Source: Candidatus Latescibacterota bacterium (GTDB lineage: Bacteria; Latescibacterota; UBA2968; SICM01). Taken from it: a DNA stretch of 64,000 bases. The notes beneath the pieces were generated by a model, which was not told the DNA's origin, ran no database searches, and saw only the letters and a program-made list of their open reading frames with translations. The stretch covers positions 928,001 through 992,000 of the forward strand of contig CBDCJO010000002.1 in assembly GCA_965217865.1 (NCBI GenBank), written 5' to 3'. The position numbers were made by a program, and so were the translations under genes. Position 1 is the first letter of the stretch. The number at the start of each line of letters is the position of its first letter. Of the stretch, positions 38,979 to 48,660 are shown piece by piece.

Positions 38979-39944
38979 ATGTTAACCCGTAAGATGACCC
39001 CCTTCAGAAAGTTCAGGGCTGTCCTCAAATACATCAAGATCAGGGTTCAACGACGACCCGTTCTCGTCAATCTTGAGGTGACAAAATTCTGCAACGCCGG
39101 CTGCGATTTTTGCGATTACTGGCAGACCAAGAAGTCTCCGAAATTAGACGACTATGTCGACGTCGTGCGGAAGATCAATCCGATGATGGTGACGATGACG
39201 GGGGGGGAACCGTTGTTGCGGAAAGATCTCAAGAATGTTGTCCAAAATCTTCGCGACAGCTTTGGTTTTCTTTATATCGGAATGGTTACTCACGGACAGT
39301 TGTTGACCCTCGAGAAAGCCAAGGGGCTATGGGATGCGGGGTTGGATCAGCTTTCGATCTCAATGAACTACCTGGGTCCTAAACACGATGAAGAACGGGG
39401 ACTGCCGGGGTTGTTCGATCACCTTTCCAAGCTTATTCCGAAGCTAAAGAACGTGAGTGTGGACAACGTCGTGTTGAACATCGTGATCAAGGACGATAAT
39501 CTGGATCATATTCCCAGATTGATACAACAGGCCCACGAATGGGGGGTCCGTGTTTCGATGAGCTCTTACACCGGCCTGAAGAACGGGAATGAGACGTATA
39601 TGGTCCACGGCGATCGCATGGCCCAACTGAATACGACAATCGATAAGATAAAGGAAATGAAGAAACTTTATCGGAATGTCGTGACCTCGGACTTTTACCT
39701 GAGCATGGTCCCCAAGTATTTCGAACAGGGGTATATGGAGGGCTGTAAAGCGGGGAAAAGCTTTATTCAGGTGACCCCGGATGGGCACCTGAAGGTGTGT
39801 CCGGAGATGCCCGTTCTGGGCCATTATTCCGAATATAAGCGCCAGAAAGAGGATGTGACCTGTACGAAGTGCTGGTATAGCTGTCGAGGAGAGTCACAGG
39901 CCCCCATGACGGTCAAGCGCATATGGGAACTGGTTACCGGATAG
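38979..39944 (+). CDS. Radical SAM protein with a SPASM/twitch-type C-terminal domain
   Basis: Motifs CNAGCDFC, TGGEPLLR, CKAGK..I.V.PDG..KVC and CTKCWYSC. Confidence 0.9.
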   Translation: MLTRKMTPFRKFRAVLKYIKIRVQRRPVLVNLEVTKFCNAGCDFCDYWQTKKSPKLDDYVDVVRKINPMMVTMTGGEPLLRKDLKNVVQNLRDSFGFLYIGMVTHGQLLTLEKAKGLWDAGLDQLSISMNYLGPKHDEERGLPGLFDHLSKLIPKLKNVSVDNVVLNIVIKDDNLDHIPRLIQQAHEWGVRVSMSSYTGLKNGNETYMVHGDRMAQLNTTIDKIKEMKKLYRNVVTSDFYLSMVPKYFEQGYMEGCKAGKSFIQVTPDGHLKVCPEMPVLGHYSEYKRQKEDVTCTKCWYSCRGESQAPMTVKRIWELVTG

Positions 39945-39964
39945 GCCTGGAGATGCAGCGTTCC

Positions 39965-40002
39965 AAAAAATGAGGGGCTCACGGCAAGTTCGTGAGCCCC
40001 TT
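39965..40002 (-). terminator. Intrinsic terminator after ftsZ (probably bidirectional)
   Basis: AGGGGCTCACG/CGTGAGCCCCT stem, with a T6 tract on the minus strand. Confidence 0.8.
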
Positions 40003-40028
40003 GTGTTGTATCTCTTGTTTTGCCGGTT

Positions 40029-41234
40029 TCAGCTTAGTTTCAGTCCCCGACCCTTGCGAAGAAAGGTAGGGTATTCCAGGTCAGTGGGAGAAAGTTTGTC
40101 CAGATCGATCTCCTCTTCATCGGATCCGGAGTCCTCGTCGGATCGGGTACCCTCGCTCGCTGGGGACTGCGGCCTCATGAAGGCTGGAATGTCCAGGTCC
40201 TCTTCCTTGGAGAGCCCCCGCGCGGGCAGGATTGTCTTTGCCTTTTTCTCCGTCACTTCGACTCCGTCCCTCTGGTTGTTGAACCCGGTGGCGATAACCG
40301 TCACACGTATCTCATCCTCTAGGTTGTCGTCGAGGACGGTGCCCCAGATGATTTCGGCGTCGCTCCCAACGGCCTCCGTGATGACGGATACGGCATCGTT
40401 GACCTCGAAGAGGGTCAGGTCGCTTCCTGCGGAGATGTTGACCAGGACACCCTTGGCGCCCATGATCGGCACATCGTCCAGCAGGGGGCTCCGAATGGCG
40501 TTCTGCGCCGCCTGAATCGATCGGTTTTCCCCCCGTGCCAGGCCGGTGCCCATCAGAGCGTCTCCGCCCGCAGACATGACCGTTTTGACATCATTGAAAT
40601 CAAGGTTGATCAGGCCGGGCGTGGTAATCAGGTCAGAGATACCCCGGGTGGCCTGAAGAAGGACGTCGTCGGCCATTCTGAATGCCTCGGTGAGCGGCAG
40701 GTCCTTTGGGGAGATGGCCAAGAGGCGTTGGTTGGGTATGATGATCAGGGTGTCGACACACTCCTTGAGCTGGGCGATCCCCTGCTCTGCGTGTCGGGAA
40801 CGCGGTCTCCCTTCCCATCTGAAAGGGGTGGTGACGACGCCCACCGTGAGGGCTTCCAGCTCGTTTGCTACCTGCGCAACGACAGGAGACGCCCCGGTAC
40901 CGGTGCCTCCCCCCATCCCAGCGGTGATGAATACCATGTCGCTTCCGCTGAGCGTTTCAGCGACCAGCTCTCTATCCTCTTCGATGGCCTGGCGTCCAAT
41001 CTCAGGTTTGGCCCCCGCGCCCAGTCCTTTCGTGAGTTCCCTTCCGATATGGATTCGGTAGGTCGCCTTTGAAAGTTCCAGGACCTGGGCGTCGGTGTTT
41101 ATCGCGACGAATTCGACGCCTTCCAAACCTGCGTCGATCATGCGATTGACCGCATTTCCCCCCGCGCCCCCAACACCGATGACCCGCATTTTCGCCTTCT
41201 GGTCATCCGACTCCATCATCGAAAACCTAACCAA
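40029..41234 (-). CDS. ftsZ: Cell division GTPase FtsZ
   Basis: Motifs [27 protein letters not shown] and DIPAFMR. TTG start at 41234 with RBS GAGGAGG. Confidence 0.97.
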   Translation of the reverse strand: MVRFSMMESDDQKAKMRVIGVGGAGGNAVNRMIDAGLEGVEFVAINTDAQVLELSKATYRIHIGRELTKGLGAGAKPEIGRQAIEEDRELVAETLSGSDMVFITAGMGGGTGTGASPVVAQVANELEALTVGVVTTPFRWEGRPRSRHAEQGIAQLKECVDTLIIIPNQRLLAISPKDLPLTEAFRMADDVLLQATRGISDLITTPGLINLDFNDVKTVMSAGGDALMGTGLARGENRSIQAAQNAIRSPLLDDVPIMGAKGVLVNISAGSDLTLFEVNDAVSVITEAVGSDAEIIWGTVLDDNLEDEIRVTVIATGFNNQRDGVEVTEKKAKTILPARGLSKEEDLDIPAFMRPQSPASEGTRSDEDSGSDEEEIDLDKLSPTDLEYPTFLRKGRGLKLS

Positions 41235-41296
41235 GTTGCACCTCCTCAAATCGATCGCAGATCATCGCCCGCTGTCCTTGTTCTTGAAACTCCTTT

Positions 41297-42526
41297 TTAA
41301 AAAATTCCTGTCACCAGATTTTTGAACCAACCCATCAGACCCCCTGCGGTCTTCGGAATTTCCGCGCCTCCGTTTCGGCCACGGACCCGGTGTGCGTATA
41401 GAATGAGACCAAGGCCAGTCGCGAAATCCGGGCGGTTGATGGAGTCGATCAGTCCACCGACGCCCTGTGGAAATCCCGCATTGACGGGCATATCGAACAC
41501 CTGTTCAGCAAGTTTCGCCATTCCCTCAAGGCTGGCTCCTCCACCCGTCAGGACAATACCTGCGGACAGAAGATCCGTGTATTCGGTACGCCGAATCTCT
41601 TTGAAAATAAGTGAAAAAATCTCCTCCATGCGGGATTCGATGATCGTTGCCAGTTCTCTCCGGGGGATCTGATAGGAAGGTCGTCCTGCTACTCCCGGAA
41701 CCGTGATTCTTTCATCTGACCCCACTTCGGATTGGAGGGCACAACCGTGATCTTGTTTGATCCGTTCAGCCTGCTGCCAGGGAGTTCTCAGGCCGATGGC
41801 TACATCGTTTGTAACATTTTGACCCCCCAACCCGATCACAGCGGTATGTCGAACGCTTCCTTCGTAGAAAACCGCCAGGTTGGTCGCACCGCCACCAATA
41901 TCCACGAGGGCGATTCCCATCTCCTGCTCATCGGGTGAGAGGACGGCATAACTGGTTCCGAGAGGTTCCAGGACGAGTTCCGCCACCTCGATGCCTGCAC
42001 GAGACACGCTTTTTAGAAGGTTCTGTATCGAAGTCACTGCACCTGTCACGATATGTACTTCGGCCTCGAGACGGACACCGGACATTCCGATCGGCTCTTT
42101 GATCCCGGGTTGTTCATCTACGATGAACTCCTGTGGGAGAACGTGGATGACCTGGCGGTCCGGAGGAATGGAGACGGCTCGCGCAGCGTCTATCACCCGA
42201 GTCTGATCGACGGCGGTGATCTCGTGGTCGGGCCCTGAAACGGCGATGACACCACGGCTGTTAATGCTTTTGATGTGTTCTCCGCCAATCCCGACGAATA
42301 CGGATTGGATTTTGACGCCAGCCATCAGTTCCGCTTCCTGGACGGCCCTCTGGATCGATTGCACGGTTTTCTCGACGTTGACGACCCGGCCTCGTCTCAT
42401 GCCCTCCGAGGGGCTGTTTCCAACGCCCACCACCCGGAGTTCGCCCACTTCATCGACCTCGGCAACGATCGCGGAAACCTTCGTGGAGCCAATGTCCAAT
42501 CCCACGATTAAATTATCTTTTGGCAT
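41297..42526 (-). CDS. ftsA: Cell division protein FtsA
   Basis: Motifs GLDIGSTK, GMSGVRLE, DIGGG and LTGGGA; C-terminal amphipathic GWFKNL. Confidence 0.96.
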   Translation of the reverse strand: MPKDNLIVGLDIGSTKVSAIVAEVDEVGELRVVGVGNSPSEGMRRGRVVNVEKTVQSIQRAVQEAELMAGVKIQSVFVGIGGEHIKSINSRGVIAVSGPDHEITAVDQTRVIDAARAVSIPPDRQVIHVLPQEFIVDEQPGIKEPIGMSGVRLEAEVHIVTGAVTSIQNLLKSVSRAGIEVAELVLEPLGTSYAVLSPDEQEMGIALVDIGGGATNLAVFYEGSVRHTAVIGLGGQNVTNDVAIGLRTPWQQAERIKQDHGCALQSEVGSDERITVPGVAGRPSYQIPRRELATIIESRMEEIFSLIFKEIRRTEYTDLLSAGIVLTGGGASLEGMAKLAEQVFDMPVNAGFPQGVGGLIDSINRPDFATGLGLILYAHRVRGRNGGAEIPKTAGGLMGWFKNLVTGIF

Positions 42527-42616
42527 ATCTCCCTGTTTCCCCCTTTCGTTGAGCAGACCGTTTAGAGCTTCTTAAACACGGTCTATTTGATTCTCGTTTT
42601 CAAATCCCGTTGATTT

Positions 42617-43348
42617 TCACGACCCCTTCTTTGTGCGGCGTACGATCACCTGTCCATCGAACCTCAGGTCGATGAAGTCCGGCAATTCCGCCCACCCCGC
42701 CGCATCCGACCAGGCTCGAAGTTTCTCGGCCTGGCTCAAGACATCCCAGGGATTCATTCTTACCTCAAGTCCGTCACCCACCAGGTTGATCCTGACCATG
42801 TCCTGTCCAGGGCGGACCTCAGAGATCTGATCCCAGAGTTCCGGGGCATCACCCCGGGTCTCATTCAGGAGATCCAGACAGGATAGAAGCTCCGGTTCTG
42901 AAACCGCCCGCCCAAGGGTATAGTTTCCTCCCAGTTGGACCCCAGTTATGACGGGTAGGTCGACGAATGTGGAGTAAAACGGGAGCAGGATGCCCTCCTC
43001 GTCGATACCGCAGAGAACTTCCAGATTGACCAGGGCGATCGGTGTTCGCTCAACGATGGTGATCAGCACCCCATCAGGGGGATAGCGAACGATCCTGGCG
43101 TTCCTGACCATCGGATGGGTTTCGATGCGTGAGACGACTTTATTCAGGTCCACCTCGTACAGGTTGGTTTCAGCGGAGATGCCTGACAGGACGGAAATCT
43201 CGTCCGGATCCAGCAGGGATAGCCCCTCGAAAGCGATGTGTTCCACCCGAAACAAGGGGGAACCCGTGATGGACGGACCCGCGTTTAAGGTAAACAGGGG
43301 CACCACAATAACAGCAACGAATGCGATCGCTATAAATCGGTTTGACAA
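42617..43348 (-). CDS. ftsQ: Cell division protein FtsQ/DivIB
   Basis: N-terminal TM, POTRA domain, I.ERTPIA and IDLRFDGQVIV; located before ftsA. Confidence 0.88.
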   Translation of the reverse strand: MSNRFIAIAFVAVIVVPLFTLNAGPSITGSPLFRVEHIAFEGLSLLDPDEISVLSGISAETNLYEVDLNKVVSRIETHPMVRNARIVRYPPDGVLITIVERTPIALVNLEVLCGIDEEGILLPFYSTFVDLPVITGVQLGGNYTLGRAVSEPELLSCLDLLNETRGDAPELWDQISEVRPGQDMVRINLVGDGLEVRMNPWDVLSQAEKLRAWSDAAGWAELPDFIDLRFDGQVIVRRTKKGS

Positions 43349-43407
43349 GATAAAGCCTTACCGTAAGGATCCGACTTAAAAGGACGAAAGTTGATTTTGA
43401 ATAAATC

Positions 43408-44322
43408 TTACGGGGGTACACCTACGACCCGGATCTCGGTCTCGAGTTCGACCCCCTCGTGCATTCTGACACGATCTCTGACGCGGTCAATGAGGATTAG
43501 GACGTCCTCCGCCGTAGCCTTTCCACGGTTTACCATGAAGTTAGCGTGAAGGTCTGAAACGACGGCCCCGCCCTGACTGACACCCTTGCATCCCGCCATG
43601 TCGATCAAAAGGCCGGCGGATTTTCCGAGAGGATTCTTGAAAATACATCCCGCGTTTCGTTCATATAACGGTTGCGTGGTTTTCCGCCGGCTCAAGATCT
43701 CCTCCATCCGGACTTCGATCTCCCCGGGTACGTCCGGTTTGCACTCGAAAGTTCCTGAAAGGATTAAATGCCTTGACGGAAGGTCGAAGCTCCTGTAGCC
43801 GTATTTGAGATCGGATTTTTTCATCTGGATTGAATCCCCGGTATTCATCTCGAGGGCGTCTATACTCAGGATCCGGTCGAATGTCTCTCCCCCAAAAGCC
43901 CCTGCATTTCCGCGAATCGCTCCGCCCACGGTACCTGGGATACTACACGCGAATTCCATACCCCCCAGGCCCGTCCTCTGACAACGTCGGGAGAGGACGG
44001 AGAGACTGGCCCCGGCCTGGGCAGAGGCAATTTCACGATCAAAGGAGATTGCCCGGAATCCTTTTGTCATGCAGAGAAACGCTCCGCGCCATCCGGCATC
44101 TGGGACCAGAAGGTTCGTCCCGTCGCCCAAGGGAAGAATCGGTATGTCACGGGAAACAAGAAGTTTGCATAACTCCCGGATATCCTCCGACCCGGTGGGA
44201 TATATCAGTGCATCGGCCGGGCCTCCGACGCCGATGGAGGTATGCCGGGCCATGGGTTCATCGAACCGGATATTTCCTCGACATATCCTACGCAATTCAT
44301 CCTTAAGCCTTTCGTCCATCAT
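43408..44322 (-). CDS. murB: UDP-N-acetylenolpyruvoylglucosamine reductase
   Basis: Motifs HTS.GVGGPAD, IPGTVGGA..NAGAFG, YGYR, AGCIFKNP, HANF and LETE. Confidence 0.95.
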   Translation of the reverse strand: MMDERLKDELRRICRGNIRFDEPMARHTSIGVGGPADALIYPTGSEDIRELCKLLVSRDIPILPLGDGTNLLVPDAGWRGAFLCMTKGFRAISFDREIASAQAGASLSVLSRRCQRTGLGGMEFACSIPGTVGGAIRGNAGAFGGETFDRILSIDALEMNTGDSIQMKKSDLKYGYRSFDLPSRHLILSGTFECKPDVPGEIEVRMEEILSRRKTTQPLYERNAGCIFKNPLGKSAGLLIDMAGCKGVSQGGAVVSDLHANFMVNRGKATAEDVLILIDRVRDRVRMHEGVELETEIRVVGVPP

Positions 44323-44398
44323 TGGAACTCGGGCCGATCCTGCCCCGTATTTCTCATTGAAAGGTTGCCAATAGATTCGTCGGTATTTTCCCGCGCTT

Positions 44399-45763
44399 TC
44401 ATAGCCGTTCCAGCAGACCCTCTCCCGCGATTCGGATGTCCCCAGCTCCCATCACAACGACGAGATCTCCGGGATGCAAACGTCCCGAGAGTTCCCCGGG
44501 GACTTCAGCCATGTCCGACGTATAGACCGCATTCGTTGCTCCCGCAGCCGTCGCGGCCTCCACGATCAGTTCTCCGGTGATTCCTTCGACCGGAGATTCC
44601 CTCGCCGCAAACACACCGGTTACCACGATCAGGTCGGCCACACAAAGGGCTTTGCCGAAGGCGGAGGCAAAGTCCCGTGTGCGGGAGTAAAGATGGGGCT
44701 GAAAGACTGCGATGAGTCGATTCGGGCATAAGGACCGGGCGGTATCGAGGGTTGCCGTAATCTCGGTTGGATGATGTGCATAGTCATCAATGACCGTGAT
44801 TCCCTTTTTTTGGCCCAGAGTCTCAAACCTTCTTTCAACCCCTGTGAAGGATTCAAGTGCGTTTTTGATTGAAGTGAAATCGACCCCGATTTCCAAGGCC
44901 ACCGTTGTCGCGGCAAGGGCATTTTTGACATTGTGGACACCCGGACATCGAAGCCGGATGTCTCCAATCTCGGTTCCTTTTAGGAAAACCTTAAACCATG
45001 AACCTGAACCCATCAGGGACAGATCTCTTCCCGAAACTTCGACTTCGGATGGCAGGCCGCAGGTGACCACCCGGGGGGTTACACGATTGCGTAATGTGCG
45101 GACGGTGGGGTCATCAACGCAAAGGACAACAAAATCATTGACCTGATTCACAAATTCTTCATATGCCTGAACTATGTCTTGAAGATCCCTGTAGGTGTCT
45201 AGATGTTCCATCTCAATCGAGGTGATCACGGCGATCTCAGGGTGGAGATTCAGGAAAGATCGATCGAATTCATCGGCCTCGGATACAAAGTAGCTTCCGG
45301 TCCCCATCCGTGCGTTTCCTCCGATCTCCGAAACCTTTCCGCCAACCATCACGACAGGATCCAAGCCCGCTCCGATCAGCGCGCTTGCGGTCATGGCGGT
45401 GGTTGTCGTCTTACCGTGTGTCCCGGTGATGGCGATCCCCTTTTTCCCCTCCATCATCACCCCCAAGGCAACCGCCCGGTTCATAACGGGAATGCCAAAC
45501 CGCCGTGCTTCGGCGATTTCCGGGTTGTCTTCCCGCACGGCGGCTGTCAGGATGACAAGATCAGCACCTTGAACGTTGTCCGGGTGATGTCCTTCGAAGA
45601 CTTTGATGCCCTCCGCCCGGAGGTCCCGAAGGGTTTCTGACGGCTCTCTGTCGGAGCCGGATACGAAGCATCCCCTTGCGGCAAGGAGCCGGGCCATCCC
45701 GCTCATGCCCACCCCACCAATCCCTGCGAAATGGACGCGACGCCCTGGTTCGAACAGGTTCAT
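44399..45763 (-). CDS. murC: UDP-N-acetylmuramate-L-alanine ligase
   Basis: Motifs GIGGVGMSG, GTHGKTTTT, EADE.D.SF, DDYAHHPTE and FQPHLYSRT. Start is ATG 45763 or GTG 45811. Confidence 0.95.
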   Translation of the reverse strand: MNLFEPGRRVHFAGIGGVGMSGMARLLAARGCFVSGSDREPSETLRDLRAEGIKVFEGHHPDNVQGADLVILTAAVREDNPEIAEARRFGIPVMNRAVALGVMMEGKKGIAITGTHGKTTTTAMTASALIGAGLDPVVMVGGKVSEIGGNARMGTGSYFVSEADEFDRSFLNLHPEIAVITSIEMEHLDTYRDLQDIVQAYEEFVNQVNDFVVLCVDDPTVRTLRNRVTPRVVTCGLPSEVEVSGRDLSLMGSGSWFKVFLKGTEIGDIRLRCPGVHNVKNALAATTVALEIGVDFTSIKNALESFTGVERRFETLGQKKGITVIDDYAHHPTEITATLDTARSLCPNRLIAVFQPHLYSRTRDFASAFGKALCVADLIVVTGVFAARESPVEGITGELIVEAATAAGATNAVYTSDMAEVPGELSGRLHPGDLVVVMGAGDIRIAGEGLLERL

Positions 45764-45807
45764 AGCATTTTTCAGCATCCAGCAATGAGGCTGAGCGCTG
45801 AACAGAT

Positions 45808-46920
45808 TCACGATTGAATCAATCTCATCAACTGCAGGGTGTCGACGATTCGGCTTGCGGCGTCAGGGACGCCGAAGGCCTGCATCCGGGATGCCATATC
45901 TCGAATTACCGCCGGATCGTCCAACAGATTTTGGACGACCGTTGCAAGGCGATCTCCGTCGAGTTCACCTTGGGGGATCATCCTGGCGGCCCCCCCTTTC
46001 ACGAGTGCGGAGGCATTCTTTGTTTGATGGTCGGCCGCCGCGCTCGGAAGCGGAATTAACACAGCGGGGAGGCCGCAACGGGTCAATTCAGCGATGGTCG
46101 TGGCACCCGCTCGTGTGATTGCAAGATCGGCTGCAGCGAATGCCGCGGCAACGTCGTCGATGAACGAAACGGCCGTCACCCGCTCGCTGTGAGGGCGGGC
46201 TTCTTTTTGGACCCTCTCGAAGTCGAGCTTGCCCGTCTGCCAGAGCACTTGAAGCCGGCGGCCTTCTAAAAGCATCCGAAGGGCTTCTCCGACGGCCAGG
46301 TTGATGCTGCGCGCTCCCTGGCTACCGCAAAAGATCAGAAGGGTGGTTATGTCCGGCTCGAGGTTCAGTCGAATTCGGGCTTCGGCCTGATCGCACGAGC
46401 CGATCTCCATCCGGGTCGGGTTTCCGCTGACGTGGCTTATTTTACTCCGGAAAAACCGAATCGACGATGGAAAGGCCAGGTGTACCTGTACGGCCATTCG
46501 GGAAAGGATCCGGTTCGTTAATCCCGGAAGGAGATTCTGTTCCTGGACGACAAGCGGTATAGACCGAAGCCATGCTGCGATTCCGGCAGGTCCGCTGACA
46601 TATCCGCCCGTGCAGATCACAAGGGCTGGTCGAAATCGTTCGACCAGCAAGAGACTTTGGATCAATCCTGCAAAAAGGAGAAAGGGAAACCGTAACAAGT
46701 CGATACTAAACGAACGCCTGAGACCGATTACAGGTATAGGAATCAAGGGGTAACCGGCTCGGGGCACGAGCCTCATCTCAAGTCCGTGGACTGTCCCAAC
46801 AAACCTGATATCGGCGTCGGCGAATCGGTTGCGAATTTCATCCGCAATCGCAATAGCCGGGGAAGTGTGACCCCCCGTCCCACCCCCGGCCATCAGAACA
46901 CGAATTCCCATCGGGTTCAT
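45808..46920 (-). CDS. murG: Lipid II GlcNAc transferase
   Basis: Motifs GGGTGGH, GGYVSGP, EQN..PG.TN, GNP.R, GSQGA, RAGA and HQ.KNA. Confidence 0.95.
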   Translation of the reverse strand: MNPMGIRVLMAGGGTGGHTSPAIAIADEIRNRFADADIRFVGTVHGLEMRLVPRAGYPLIPIPVIGLRRSFSIDLLRFPFLLFAGLIQSLLLVERFRPALVICTGGYVSGPAGIAAWLRSIPLVVQEQNLLPGLTNRILSRMAVQVHLAFPSSIRFFRSKISHVSGNPTRMEIGSCDQAEARIRLNLEPDITTLLIFCGSQGARSINLAVGEALRMLLEGRRLQVLWQTGKLDFERVQKEARPHSERVTAVSFIDDVAAAFAAADLAITRAGATTIAELTRCGLPAVLIPLPSAAADHQTKNASALVKGGAARMIPQGELDGDRLATVVQNLLDDPAVIRDMASRMQAFGVPDAASRIVDTLQLMRLIQS

Positions 46921-48098
46921 GGCCCATTAGTAAGATTCCGTGGGGGTCTCACCGGGGAGGTCCAATCGAGTCTTCCGGATACGGGGGTCAGCAGCCTGGG
47001 AGGGCTGGTGCCCTGCCTTGCCACGTTCAGCAGGATGCCGACGCCGATCAATGTTAAAATGAGCGATGAGCCGCCGTAGCTGATGAAGGGGAGGGGGAGG
47101 CCGGTGGTTGGGAGGACCGCGGTGACGACCCCGATGTTGAGTAGGGCATATATGAGAACGAGGGACGTGATTCCAACCCCAAGCAGGAATCCGTGAAAGT
47201 CCGGGGCGCGGCTGGAGATCCTGAAGCCGATTAAACCAAACATTAAAAACAAAGTAACCACTGTGACCGTGCCTATGGCCCCCCATTCTTCTCCGAGGAT
47301 GGAGAAGACAAAATCCGTGTGAGGATCCGGCAGGAAGAGAAACTTCTGATGGCTGTTGCCCAGTCCCACTCCGGTGATACCGCCGGAGGCGATTCCCACG
47401 AGGGACTGTGTAATCTGATAGCTTTTTCCCTGAATGTGCTCACTCCTGCTGAGGAATGCTTCGATGCGGTCCTTGCGGTATCCGACCCAGAATATCATGG
47501 CATACAAGATCGGCAAGGCAGCCAGGGCGGAGCCAGCCATGTATCGAAACCTCACTCCCGAGATGAGCATCATAAGGCCAACCACGATACTCAAACCCAC
47601 AGCCATTCCGAAGTCAGGTTGAAGAATGATCAAACCCAGGACGACGATCACAATCGTCGCGTGATGGAGGAATTCTCGGAGATCCCGGGCGAGAGGATCC
47701 CGACCGGATAGGGATTTTGCCATATAGAGGACAAGGATCAGCTTTATGAGCTCCGATGGCTGGAAGGAGATCGAAGCGATATTTAGCCAGCGGTGTGCAC
47801 CCCGAATGTCACTTCCGGATATTAGCTTTTGAAGAAGAACCGCGATGAGAAGACAAAGTCCGAAGACGAACAGAGGTCTGGCAAGCCTTGCCCAGATCTG
47901 GTAGTTGATCCGCATGACCAAGATCATCAGGAGCAGAGAGAGCCCTGCGCGCAATAACCATCTGTTTAGAAAAAAACTGCTGCTCTCGAAACGCATTTCA
48001 CCCAGCACCGAGCTGGCGCTGTAGATCATGACGGTTCCGATGCTGACAAGGGAAAGGGTGATTATCAGGAGGGATATATCCAGCCTGGATCCACGCAT
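46917..48098 (-). CDS. ftsW: SEDS peptidoglycan polymerase FtsW
   Basis: Motifs IYSAS, GA.RW, QPSE..K, QPDFG, PDPHTDF..S..GEE and PTTGLPLPFISYGGSS. Confidence 0.95.
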   Translation of the reverse strand: MRGSRLDISLLIITLSLVSIGTVMIYSASSVLGEMRFESSSFFLNRWLLRAGLSLLLMILVMRINYQIWARLARPLFVFGLCLLIAVLLQKLISGSDIRGAHRWLNIASISFQPSELIKLILVLYMAKSLSGRDPLARDLREFLHHATIVIVVLGLIILQPDFGMAVGLSIVVGLMMLISGVRFRYMAGSALAALPILYAMIFWVGYRKDRIEAFLSRSEHIQGKSYQITQSLVGIASGGITGVGLGNSHQKFLFLPDPHTDFVFSILGEEWGAIGTVTVVTLFLMFGLIGFRISSRAPDFHGFLLGVGITSLVLIYALLNIGVVTAVLPTTGLPLPFISYGGSSLILTLIGVGILLNVARQGTSPPRLLTPVSGRLDWTSPVRPPRNLTNGP

Positions 48099-48127
48099 CG
48101 GGGTCTGATCCTTCGAAAATAGGCCAT

Positions 48128-48537
48128 CTAACCGGCTGACACTTTTATAGCATTAGAATCGATCATCTCGGTTCCCAATCGGTCCAGACTCTGCTGATAC
48201 GCTCGATTCTGCATCAGGAGACGCCGGTGATTTATGGCTCGGCGCACAGCCGTTCCGAAATCAACCAGTTCGAATGGTTTGAGGATAAAGTCGTATATCC
48301 CGACACAGGTCGGTCGGGGTCTGCCACTAACGATTTTCTTGCAAGTTCCAGTCCGTTCATTCCGGGCATTTTAAAATCTGTGATCACCAGATCGAACAAC
48401 CCGTTTTGATCCAACCGTGTTAGGGCCTCCTCTCCGCTGAGGGCGGAAGAGGTCTGATATCCCCTCGTATTGAGGTAGCAGACGACCAGATCTCGCACCC
48501 CGATATCGTCATCCACAACGAGTATATTTCCGATCAT
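48128..48537 (-). pseudogene. Response regulator receiver domain with an internal deletion and frameshift
   Basis: 5' part ILVVDDD...DLVITDFKMPGMNGLEL...DPDRPV. The 3' part lies in another frame: VGIYDFILKPFELVDFGTAVRRAINHRRLLMQN...* (stop 48128-48130). The beta4-alpha4 segment is missing. Confidence 0.8.
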
Positions 48538-48660
48538 GATTGTCTCCTGGAAATTTGGCCAGGAAGCGGGGGATTCTGTGGCCGGGTTTCTGACCTGGGA
48601 AGTAATAGAGAAACAGGTTCCTGTCGTCTGGTTTATACGAAACCTGGTATCGGACGGTTC

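Noticed and set aside
45763-45811. Repeated MNLF at the murC start
   Set aside because: Only about 12 bp of imperfect similarity; explained by alternative start choice or chance.
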